A DNA stretch of 46,647 nt from NCBI GenBank assembly GCA_045599025.1, contig JAZRVG010000066.1, forward strand, positions 1 to 46,647, written 5' to 3'. Source of the DNA: Christensenellaceae bacterium. Lineage in GTDB: Bacteria; Bacillota; Clostridia; Christensenellales; Borkfalkiaceae. Every line of letters starts with the position of its first letter. Position 1 is the stretch's first letter. Of the stretch, positions 28,470 to 35,573 are shown piece by piece. Made by a program: the position numbers and the translations under genes. The notes below the pieces were generated by a model. It made no database searches. It was given only the letters and a program-made list of their open reading frames with translations, and was not told where the DNA came from.

Positions 28470-29111
28470 ATGGCAAAATCGGTTTACAGTTTAGTATTAA
28501 ACGACGAAATAGTAGATTTAGTTGATAAAATGGCAAAAATAAACGGAGTATCACGTTCACTTATGATAGAAAAGATACTTGCAAACGCTTGTTCTTACGA
28601 AACTTTTGAAAACAGAGCCGACAACATTTTTAACGAAATTGAAAGGCTTATAACGGAAAGCAATTCAATGCGGTACTTATCGCAACCGTCAAAAACTATG
28701 GCGTCAATTATGAGTGCTATTGATTACAGGTACAATCCACAAATAAAATATAGCGTAGAGTTATTTTCAAATTCGTCGCATTTAGGTCAACTTAAAGTAA
28801 CTTTAAGAACGCAAAATACGATTTTGGTGAACTTAATTAGCGACTTTTACACTTTTTACTCTTATCTTGAAAAAACTTATTACAACGAAAACGCAAGGTT
28901 TTTATTTGACGGAGTCAAATTTACAAGGCTATTTAACTTCCCCGAAATAAATCTTTCCGCAAAAGCGGTTGGGGAACTTTTAACGGACTACGTTAAAGAT
29001 TTTGACGAACTTTTAAGTTTGTATTTTAGCGAACTTAACACGGGCGATAAAGTCTTTAATACCGTTCAAAAAAGATATATTCAACTTAAAAATAATAAAA
29101 TAAAGGTATAG
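28470..29111 (+). CDS. Hypothetical protein with an N-terminal ribbon-helix-helix (CopG/Arc-like) DNA-binding motif, co-transcribed with clpB
   Basis: The ORF track start was trimmed to the ATG at 28470 (SD GGAG). The N-terminus MAKSVYSLVLNDEIVDLVDKMAKINGVSRSLMIEKILANA fits a beta-strand/helix/helix RHH pattern. Only 13 nt separate it from clpB. Confidence 0.55.
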   Translation: MAKSVYSLVLNDEIVDLVDKMAKINGVSRSLMIEKILANACSYETFENRADNIFNEIERLITESNSMRYLSQPSKTMASIMSAIDYRYNPQIKYSVELFSNSSHLGQLKVTLRTQNTILVNLISDFYTFYSYLEKTYYNENARFLFDGVKFTRLFNFPEINLSAKAVGELLTDYVKDFDELLSLYFSELNTGDKVFNTVQKRYIQLKNNKIKV

Positions 29112-29124
29112 TGAGGTATAAAAT

Positions 29125-31707
29125 ATGGATATGCAAAATTTTACTCAAAAGTCCTTAAATGCACTTAATACGGCAACGACCGTAGCAAAAGAGTACGGCA
29201 ACCAACAAATTGCGTCCGTCCATCTTTTAAACGCACTTTTAAGCGACGACGAAGGCTTGATTTTAAACCTTCTTAAAAAAATGAATATTTCCGTAAACTC
29301 TTTGAAACAAGATACTCTTTCGGAAATACAAAAACTTCCAAAAGTTTCGGGTGGTAGCGAATATTTATCAAGCGACTTATCTTCCGTTTTAACAACCGCC
29401 GAACAAAAAGCAAAAGAAATGAAGGACGAATTTATTTCGGTAGAACACCTTTTTTACGGTTTAATTGAAGTAGGTTCGGCATCGGTTAAAGAACTTTTTA
29501 AAAAGTATCAAATTGATAAAAACGGATTCTTAAAAGCACTTTTATCCGTTCGTGGCAATGCCAAAGTAACGAGCGACAACCCCGAAGATACTTACGACGT
29601 TTTGGAAAAATACGGCGTTGACCTTGTTGAAAAAGCAAGGGCTCAAAAAATTGACCCCGTTGTCGGTCGTGACGAAGAAATACGTAACGCAATTAGAATT
29701 TTATCAAGAAAAACCAAGAATAATCCCGTTTTAATAGGTGAAGCAGGCGTTGGTAAAACGGCGATAGTTGAAGGGCTTGCCATAAGAATAATGAAAGGCG
29801 ACGTTCCTACCGAACTTAAAAATCGCAAACTTTTCTCGCTTGATATCGGTTCTCTCGTTGCGGGAGCAAAATACCGTGGAGAATTTGAAGAAAGATTAAA
29901 AGCCGTTCTAAACGAAGTTAAAAAGAGCGACGGCGAAATAATCTTATTTATAGACGAACTCCACTTAATCGTCGGTGCGGGAAAAACCGACGGGGCTATG
30001 GATGCCGGCAACCTTTTAAAGCCTATGCTTGCCCGTGGCGAACTACACTGCATAGGTGCTACCACTTTGGACGAATACCGCAAATACATTGAAAAAGACC
30101 CTGCGTTAGAACGTCGTTTCCAACCCGTTTTGGTAAACGAACCTACCGTTGAAGATACTATTTCTATTCTACGTGGATTAAAGGAACGCTACGAAGTTTA
30201 TCACGGCGTAAAAATTCAAGACGCTGCGTTAGTTTCCGCCGCCGTTTTGTCTAACCGTTACATTACCGACAGATATTTGCCCGACAAGGCTATTGACCTT
30301 ATAGACGAAGCGTGTGCGTCTATTAAAACGGAAATGAATTCCATGCCTTCGGAAATGGACGAAGTTTCAAGAAAGATTATTCAACTTGAAATTGAAGAAA
30401 CTGCTCTTAAAAAGGAAACGGACGAACTTTCTAAAAAGCGTTTGCAAACTATTCAAGAAGAACTTTCCGCTCTCCGTGATAATTTTAACGCTTTAAAATC
30501 AAAGTGGGAAAACGAAAAGCAAGGAATAAACGTAGTTCAAAAACTCCGTAAAGAAATTGAAAGCGTTAATGCGGAAATTGAACTTTCGGAAAGAAATTAC
30601 AATTTGGAAAAGGCAAGCGAACTTAAATACGGTAAACTCCCCGAACTTAAAAAACAGTTGGAAGAAGCCGAAAAAAATTCGCAAGATATTAAAACCGTTC
30701 TTTTGCGTGACAAGGTAAACGAAGAAGAAATTGAAAAAATAGTATCACGTTGGACGGGTATTCCCGTAAGTAAACTCAAAGGTAGCGAAAAGGAAAAACT
30801 TATAAATCTTGAAAAAATTCTTCACGAAAGAGTAGTTGGACAAAACGAAGCGGTTAAAAAAGTTTCGGAGGCAATTTTGCGTTCTCGTGCAGGGATACAA
30901 GACCCTAATCGCCCCATAGGCTCGTTTTTGTTCCTTGGGCCTACCGGCGTAGGCAAAACGGAACTTGCAAAAACTTTGGCTTCAACCTTATTTGACGACG
31001 AAAAAAATATAGTAAGAATTGATATGTCGGAGTACATGGAAAAGTTTAGCGTTTCCCGTTTGATAGGTGCTCCTCCGGGATACGTAGGTTTTGAAGACGG
31101 CGGTCAACTTACCGAAGCCGTTCGCCGTAAACCCTACTCCGTAGTTTTGTTTGACGAAATTGAAAAGGCTCACCCCGACGTTTTCAACATCTTATTACAA
31201 GTATTGGACGACGGAAGAATAACCGATTCGCAAGGCAGAACAGTTGATTTTAAAAACACGGTAATTATTCTTACTTCAAATTTAGGCTCACCCTATATTT
31301 TGGAAGGTATTGACGAAAACGGAGAAATAACCGACACGGCAAAAGAACAAGTTTCCACCCTTTTAAAGCAAAGTTTCCGCCCCGAATTTTTAAACAGACT
31401 TGACGAAATAGTATTCTATAAACCGCTTACCAAAAAGGAAATAAGTGGCGTCGTAGATATATTACTCAAAAATCTTAAAAAACGTCTTGAAGAAAAGGAA
31501 CTTCATTTGGAAATTTCTTTACCTGCCAAAAACTATATTATAAACAACGGTTACGACCCCGTTTACGGAGCAAGACCGTTGAAACGTTTTATTTCTTCTA
31601 ATGTGGAAACGCTTATCGCAAGATATATTATAGCCAACGACTTAAAACCGCAAAGCGTTATAGTAGTTGACGAAATAAACGGCAAACTTGACGTATCAAT
31701 TAAATAA
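29125..31707 (+). CDS. clpB: ATP-dependent chaperone/disaggregase ClpB
   Basis: ORF track. Two AAA+ modules ([16 protein letters not shown]), a long middle coiled coil, and the motif GARPLKR. Confidence 0.95.
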   Translation: MDMQNFTQKSLNALNTATTVAKEYGNQQIASVHLLNALLSDDEGLILNLLKKMNISVNSLKQDTLSEIQKLPKVSGGSEYLSSDLSSVLTTAEQKAKEMKDEFISVEHLFYGLIEVGSASVKELFKKYQIDKNGFLKALLSVRGNAKVTSDNPEDTYDVLEKYGVDLVEKARAQKIDPVVGRDEEIRNAIRILSRKTKNNPVLIGEAGVGKTAIVEGLAIRIMKGDVPTELKNRKLFSLDIGSLVAGAKYRGEFEERLKAVLNEVKKSDGEIILFIDELHLIVGAGKTDGAMDAGNLLKPMLARGELHCIGATTLDEYRKYIEKDPALERRFQPVLVNEPTVEDTISILRGLKERYEVYHGVKIQDAALVSAAVLSNRYITDRYLPDKAIDLIDEACASIKTEMNSMPSEMDEVSRKIIQLEIEETALKKETDELSKKRLQTIQEELSALRDNFNALKSKWENEKQGINVVQKLRKEIESVNAEIELSERNYNLEKASELKYGKLPELKKQLEEAEKNSQDIKTVLLRDKVNEEEIEKIVSRWTGIPVSKLKGSEKEKLINLEKILHERVVGQNEAVKKVSEAILRSRAGIQDPNRPIGSFLFLGPTGVGKTELAKTLASTLFDDEKNIVRIDMSEYMEKFSVSRLIGAPPGYVGFEDGGQLTEAVRRKPYSVVLFDEIEKAHPDVFNILLQVLDDGRITDSQGRTVDFKNTVIILTSNLGSPYILEGIDENGEITDTAKEQVSTLLKQSFRPEFLNRLDEIVFYKPLTKKEISGVVDILLKNLKKRLEEKELHLEISLPAKNYIINNGYDPVYGARPLKRFISSNVETLIARYIIANDLKPQSVIVVDEINGKLDVSIK

Positions 31708-31770
31708 TCGTTGACTTTTTACGGGAATTTTGTGTATAATTGTTTTATCAAACATAAAGGAAGGTTCTAT

Positions 31771-32040
31771 ATGAAAGCAATAGTAACTGTTCTTGGAAAG
31801 GACAAATCTGGCATAATTGCAAAAGTTTCAACCATGCTTGCCGAAAACAAAGTAAACATTGAAGACATAAGCCAAACTATTATTCAAGGTTATTTCAACA
31901 TGATAATGTTAGTTGACCTTGAAAACTCAAAAGTTTCCCTTTCGGAACTTTCCGTTTTGGCAGATAAAGCAGGCGAAGAAATCGGCGTAAAAATAATTAT
32001 TCAACACGAAGATATTTTCAACGCTATGTACAGAGTGTAA
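31771..32040 (+). CDS. ACT-domain protein (UPF0237 family)
   Basis: The ORF track start was trimmed to the ATG at 31771 (SD AAGGAAGG). MKAIVTVLGKDKSGIIAKVS is a typical UPF0237 start. Paired with the UPF0210 gene. Confidence 0.8.
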   Translation: MKAIVTVLGKDKSGIIAKVSTMLAENKVNIEDISQTIIQGYFNMIMLVDLENSKVSLSELSVLADKAGEEIGVKIIIQHEDIFNAMYRV

Positions 32041-32043
32041 ATT

Positions 32044-33399
32044 ATGATAGACAGAAAAGATATTTTAGAAACCATAAATATGGTTCAAAAGGAACACTTT
32101 GACGTTCGTACGATAACTATGGGGATTTCACTTTTGCCAACTATTTCGGCAACCGCTGAAAAAACCGCTCAAAACGCTTACGATTTAATTTGCCGTAAAG
32201 CCGAAAACATTGTTAAGATTGCCGACGATTTATCAAAAGAATACGGCGTTCCTATCGTAAACAAAAGAGTTTCCGTAACCCCCGTTTCGCTTATATCGGC
32301 ATGTTTCGTAGGAAAAGAAATAATCATAGCAAAAGCTCTTGATAAAGCCGCTAAAACGGTGGGCGTTGACTTCCTTGGCGGTTATTCCGCTTTGGTACAT
32401 AAAGGTATGACTTCTTACGAAAAATCGTTTATAGAAAGTATTCCCGAAGTTTTATCTTCAACGGATATTTTATGTTCTTCCGTAAACGTAGGCTCTACCC
32501 GTTCGGGAATAAATTTAGACGCAGTAAAATTAGTTGGCGAAGTTATTAAAAAAACCGCCCTTCTAACCGCCGATAAAGACGGTTTCGGTGCGGCAAAATT
32601 CGTTGCTTTTTGCAATGCGGTTGAAGATAACCCCTTTATGGCGGGTGCATTCCACGGCGTAGGCGAAGGCGAGTGCGTTATAAACGTCGGCGTTTCCGGT
32701 CCGGGTGTAGTATATAGGGCCGTAAAGCAAGCCCCCGATGCGTCTATTACCGAAATTGCGGAAATCATTAAGAAAACCGCATTTAAAATTACACGTGTAG
32801 GTCAACTTATTGCAAACGAAGCGTCCAAACGCTTAAACGCCGAACTCGGTATAGTTGACTTATCTCTTGCTCCTACCCCTGCCGTTGGCGACAGCGTTGG
32901 TAGAATTTTGGAAGAAATGGGGCTTTCCACCGTAGGCGGTCACGGAACTACCGCTTGCCTTGCTATTTTAAACGATGCGGTTAAAAAAGGCGGTACTATG
33001 GCAAGTTCAAGAGTAGGCGGACTCTCCGGTGCGTTTATTCCCGTTAGCGAAGACGAAGGTATGATAGAAGCCGCCAAATCGGGAGCACTCACTTTAAACA
33101 AGTTAGAGGCTATGACTTCCGTTTGTAGCGTTGGTATTGATATGGTTGCTATTCCGGGAGACACCCCTGCATCAACCGTTTCCGCAATAATTGCCGACGA
33201 GGCGTCAATAGGTATGGTAAACAACAAAACTACGGCGGTTAGAGTTATACCCGTTCCTAATAAAAAAGTCGGGGAATTCGTGGAATTCGGCGGTCTTTTA
33301 GGTAGAGCACCGATAATTCCCGTATCAAACGAAAGTGCCGAAAAATTCATTTCAAGGGGTGGAAAAATACCTGCTCCTATTCACGGCAATAAAAACTAA
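32044..33399 (+). CDS. UPF0210/DUF711-family protein
   Basis: ORF track. Size of ~450 aa, N-terminal string [10 protein letters not shown], and the conserved pairing with the ACT protein. Confidence 0.75.
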   Translation: MIDRKDILETINMVQKEHFDVRTITMGISLLPTISATAEKTAQNAYDLICRKAENIVKIADDLSKEYGVPIVNKRVSVTPVSLISACFVGKEIIIAKALDKAAKTVGVDFLGGYSALVHKGMTSYEKSFIESIPEVLSSTDILCSSVNVGSTRSGINLDAVKLVGEVIKKTALLTADKDGFGAAKFVAFCNAVEDNPFMAGAFHGVGEGECVINVGVSGPGVVYRAVKQAPDASITEIAEIIKKTAFKITRVGQLIANEASKRLNAELGIVDLSLAPTPAVGDSVGRILEEMGLSTVGGHGTTACLAILNDAVKKGGTMASSRVGGLSGAFIPVSEDEGMIEAAKSGALTLNKLEAMTSVCSVGIDMVAIPGDTPASTVSAIIADEASIGMVNNKTTAVRVIPVPNKKVGEFVEFGGLLGRAPIIPVSNESAEKFISRGGKIPAPIHGNKN

Positions 33400-33404
33400 A
33401 AATT

Positions 33405-33433
33405 ACGGCAGGTTTTGGCTTGCCGTTTTTTTA
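33405..33433 (+). terminator. Intrinsic terminator
   Basis: acggcagg/ct(t)tgccgt hairpin followed by ttttttt. Confidence 0.7.
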
Positions 33434-33454
33434 TATATATGTTAAAATAAAGTT

Positions 33455-34027
33455 ATGGAAAAATTAGTGGTTGCATCGGGCAACAAAAACAAAATTAAAG
33501 AAATTACACAAATTTTGGGCGATAAATATCAAGTTGTTTCTATGAAAGATTTAGGTTTTAACGAAGATATTGAAGAAACGGGTTCAACCTTTTTTGAAAA
33601 CGCTCTTATAAAAGCAAAAGCCGTATCAAAAGCGTTAGGCGTAAACGCTCTTGCGGACGATAGCGGGCTTATGGTTGAAAGTTTAAACGGAGCACCCGGA
33701 GTTTACAGTGCAAGATATTCGGGCGAACACGGAAACGACAAACAAAACCGTGATTTATTACTTGAAAATTTAAAAAACGCCGAAAACAGAAAGGCTAAAT
33801 TTGCGTCTTCGGTGGTACTTTACAAAACGGACGGAACTTACCTTGACGGCTACGGCGAAACTACGGGAAAAATTCTTTACGAGGAAACGGGTAGCAACGG
33901 TTTCGGCTACGACTGCATTTTTTTAAGCGACGACTTGAATAAATCTTTCGGCTTGGCAACCGACGAAGAAAAAAACGGGGTTAGCCACCGTTTTCGTGCT
34001 CTTTGCGACCTTTTGGGGAAACTCTAA
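33455..34027 (+). CDS. rdgB: RdgB/HAM1 non-canonical purine NTP pyrophosphatase
   Basis: ORF track. Motifs ASGNKNKIKE, ADDSGL, PGVYSARY, FGYD. Confidence 0.9.
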   Translation: MEKLVVASGNKNKIKEITQILGDKYQVVSMKDLGFNEDIEETGSTFFENALIKAKAVSKALGVNALADDSGLMVESLNGAPGVYSARYSGEHGNDKQNRDLLLENLKNAENRKAKFASSVVLYKTDGTYLDGYGETTGKILYEETGSNGFGYDCIFLSDDLNKSFGLATDEEKNGVSHRFRALCDLLGKL

Positions 34028-34506
34028 TGAAAACCACTTATATAGTTATAAGCGATATTCACGGAAACGCTTGCGTTCTTGAAAAATTACGCCCTTACTT
34101 TTTATCTTGCGACGGAATTATATTTTTAGGTGACGGCGAAAAAGATTTGAACCTTTTATACAACGAATTTTCAAACAAACTGATTGCCGTTTCGGGCAAC
34201 TGCGATTACTATTCTAATTTAAGCGAAAGTTTGATTTTTTGCGAGCAAAACCTAACGATTTATATAACTCACGGGCATAAACATTACGTAAAAAGCGGTC
34301 TTACCGATTTATCTCTTTTTTGTTTACAAAAGGGCTACGATATTGCTCTTTACGGGCATACGCATATAAGCAAAGTGGAAATAGTTAACGGAGTTTTAAC
34401 GGTAAACCCGGGAACTCTTTCTATATACGGCGACAATCAAACTTTTGCCGTTCTAACTATAAATAACGGCGTTGCCGATGCCGAAATTAAAGAATTAGAA
34501 GAATAA
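34027..34506 (+). CDS. YfcE/MJ0936-type metallophosphoesterase
   Basis: The ORF track start was trimmed to the ATG at 34027, which overlaps the rdgB stop (TAATG). Motifs SDIHGN, GDG, GNCD, THGH, GHTH. Confidence 0.85.
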   Translation: MKTTYIVISDIHGNACVLEKLRPYFLSCDGIIFLGDGEKDLNLLYNEFSNKLIAVSGNCDYYSNLSESLIFCEQNLTIYITHGHKHYVKSGLTDLSLFCLQKGYDIALYGHTHISKVEIVNGVLTVNPGTLSIYGDNQTFAVLTINNGVADAEIKELEE

Positions 34507-34615
34507 ACTCTTATATATTAAGATTTTAAGTCCTACTTATAACCTATTTTTTAGCGGTTATTTTATCGACAAAAATATAAATATTAAAAAAATTGTAAAA
34601 CCGTGTAAAAAACAG

Positions 34616-34644
34616 TTGACAATAATTTAGAGTTTTGCTATAAT
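34616..34644 (+). promoter_or_regulatory. Consensus promoter of the tRNA operon (TTGACA-17-TATAAT)
   Basis: TTGACA at 34616-34621, 17-nt spacer, TATAAT at 34639-34644. Lies 22 nt upstream of the first tRNA. Confidence 0.75.
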
Positions 34645-34666
34645 CATTTGGCATTGTGAACGAAGT

Positions 34667-34740
34667 GCGGGTGTAGTTCAATGGTAGAACACCAGCCTTC
34701 CAAGCTGGTTGCGTGGGTCCGATTCCCATCACCCGCTCCA
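34667..34740 (+). tRNA. tRNA-Gly(UCC), CCA encoded
   Basis: Hand-folded cloverleaf: acceptor GCGGGTG/CACCCGC, anticodon arm CCAGC-CTTCCAA-GCTGG, T arm GTGGG-TCCGATT-CCCAT. The T loop reads TCCGATT, so position 55 is C rather than the usual U. Confidence 0.9.
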
Positions 34741-34793
34741 TTTACGCACAAACGTATTCGTTGAGGCGCTAACTTAATTTTTTAAAAATTTAT

Positions 34794-34870
34794 GCGCCAG
34801 TAGCTCAGCTGGATAGAGCACCGCCCTTCTAAGGCGGGTGTCAGGGGTTCGAATCCCTTCTGGCGTACCA
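34794..34870 (+). tRNA. tRNA-Arg(UCU), CCA encoded
   Basis: Acceptor GCGCCAG/CTGGCGT (G1-U72 wobble), anticodon arm CCGCC-CTTCTAA-GGCGG, T arm AGGGG-TTCGAAT-CCCTT. Confidence 0.9.
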
Positions 34871-34877
34871 CGTTTAT

Positions 34878-34954
34878 GGCGAGAGTAGCTCAATCGGTGG
34901 AGCGCCAGATTGTGGTCCTGGAGGCCGTGGGTTCGATTCCCATCTCTCGCCCCA
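34878..34954 (+). tRNA. tRNA-His(GUG) with encoded G-1, CCA encoded
   Basis: Eight nucleotides precede the TA at positions 8-9 (G-1 pairs with C73). Anticodon loop TTGTGGT. T arm GTGGG-TTCGATT-CCCAT. Confidence 0.9.
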
Positions 34955-34964
34955 GTTTTATCGT

Positions 34965-35039
34965 TGGGGTGTCGCCAAGCGGTAAGGCACCGGATTTTGA
35001 TTCCGGTATTCGTAGGTTCAAATCCTGCCACCCCAGCCA
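34965..35039 (+). tRNA. tRNA-Gln(UUG), CCA encoded
   Basis: U1-A72 start TGGGGTG...CACCCCAGCCA as in bacterial tRNA-Gln. Anticodon arm CCGGA-TTTTGAT-TCCGG. Confidence 0.9.
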
Positions 35040-35061
35040 AAAAAACGGTTTAATTTTATAT

Positions 35062-35137
35062 GGTCCACTAGCTCAGGCGGTAGAGCACTTGACTTTTAAT
35101 CAAGTTGTCCGGGGTTCGAGTCCCCGGTGGATCACCA
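35062..35137 (+). tRNA. tRNA-Lys(UUU), CCA encoded
   Basis: Acceptor GGTCCAC/GTGGATC, anticodon arm CTTGA-CTTTTAA-TCAAG, T arm CGGGG-TTCGAGT-CCCCG. Confidence 0.9.
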
Positions 35138-35142
35138 AAATT

Positions 35143-35218
35143 GCGCCTTTAGCTCAGTTGGTAGAGCAACTGACTCTTAATCAGTGGGTCCGGGGTTCGA
35201 GTCCCCGAAGGCGCACCA
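35143..35218 (+). tRNA. tRNA-Lys(CUU), CCA encoded
   Basis: Acceptor GCGCCTT/AAGGCGC, anticodon arm ACTGA-CTCTTAA-TCAGT, T arm CGGGG-TTCGAGT-CCCCG. Confidence 0.9.
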
Positions 35219-35230
35219 CTGATTAAAAGA

Positions 35231-35275
35231 AAAAGTCTTAACCCTTTCGGTTAAGATATTTTTTTTATTATAAAA
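35231..35275 (+). repeat. Copy 1 of a perfect 45-nt direct repeat (contains the tRNA-operon terminator)
   Basis: aaaagtcttaaccctttcggttaagatattttttttattataaaa is identical to 35481-35525, exactly 250 bp downstream. Confidence 0.95.
35236..35266. terminator. Intrinsic terminator of the tRNA operon (A-run/T-run flanked, so potentially bidirectional)
   Basis: 8-bp stem tcttaacc/ggttaaga with loop ctttc, followed by tatttttttt. Confidence 0.8.
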
Positions 35276-35470
35276 GTTAAGATTTTTTCGCCTTCGGGTA
35301 CTCTCACCTTCGGTTCGCCCACTTGCGTGGCGCTTACCCCTCGCATACTTCGTATGCCACCCCTCGGCGGGGGTCGCCCCCTTTTCGTCACGATTTTATC
35401 GTGCCACCTTTCCCATTAAGTGGGAAAGTTTACCCCTTATCAAGGGGCGGAAACCCCTTAGGCGCACCTA
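35276..35470 (+). other. GC-rich, hairpin-dense non-coding island of unknown class: candidate structured ncRNA, tRNA-derived relic or integration scar
   Basis: By hand count, 104 of 180 nt are G/C in 35291-35470, between visibly AT-rich flanks. Successive hairpins at 35343-35357, 35360-35381, 35389-35403, 35408-35428 and 35433-35459. The 3' end (35444-35468) mimics the tRNA-Lys(CTT) T stem plus acceptor 3' strand. There is no SD-preceded ORF. Confidence 0.5.
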
Positions 35471-35480
35471 CTCTAAAAAG

Positions 35481-35525
35481 AAAAGTCTTAACCCTTTCGG
35501 TTAAGATATTTTTTTTATTATAAAA
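35481..35525 (+). repeat. Copy 2 of the perfect 45-nt direct repeat (second copy of the terminator)
   Basis: Identical to 35231-35275. Confidence 0.95.
35486..35516. terminator. Second copy of the same intrinsic terminator
   Basis: Same hairpin and T-run as at 35236-35266. Confidence 0.75.
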
Positions 35526-35573
35526 AATTACACTATAACCGTGTATTAAAAACTTCGTACTAACAAGGAAAAA

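Noticed and set aside
29498-33350. Antisense ORFs inside clpB (29498-29692, 29643-30089, 30499-31173) and inside the UPF0210 gene (32415-32805, 32940-33350); also 23302-23649 inside the GltD-like gene
   Set aside because: Each is fully embedded antisense in a long gene with clear family motifs. Their translations are low-complexity (Ser/Pro/Ile-rich) and they have no SD. These are typical shadow ORFs.
34544-35226. ORF-track ORFs 34544-34741 (-), 34774-35040 (-) and 34876-35226 (+)
   Set aside because: They lie entirely over the six tRNA genes. Their Gly/Arg/Pro-rich translations are what GC-rich tRNA sequence yields in any frame. They have no SD and no independent promoter.
35276-35470. Known RNA classes for the island (tmRNA, RNase P RNA, SRP/4.5S RNA, 6S RNA, T-box, intron-containing tRNA)
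   Set aside because: By eye I could not find the tmRNA tag ORF and TTCGA T loop, the RNase P GAGGAAAGTCC-type P4 string, the SRP GGAAGCAGC-type helix-8 motif, end-to-end 6S-like pairing, the T-box AGAGA/GGTGGTACCGCG elements, or a D-arm/anticodon-arm layout. This is a visual check only and needs covariance-model confirmation.
35323-35523. 66-aa ORF inside the GC-rich island
   Set aside because: It has no SD. Its Pro/Arg/Gly-rich composition simply reflects the local GC content, and the frame reads straight through the second terminator hairpin and T-run. I treat the island as non-coding.
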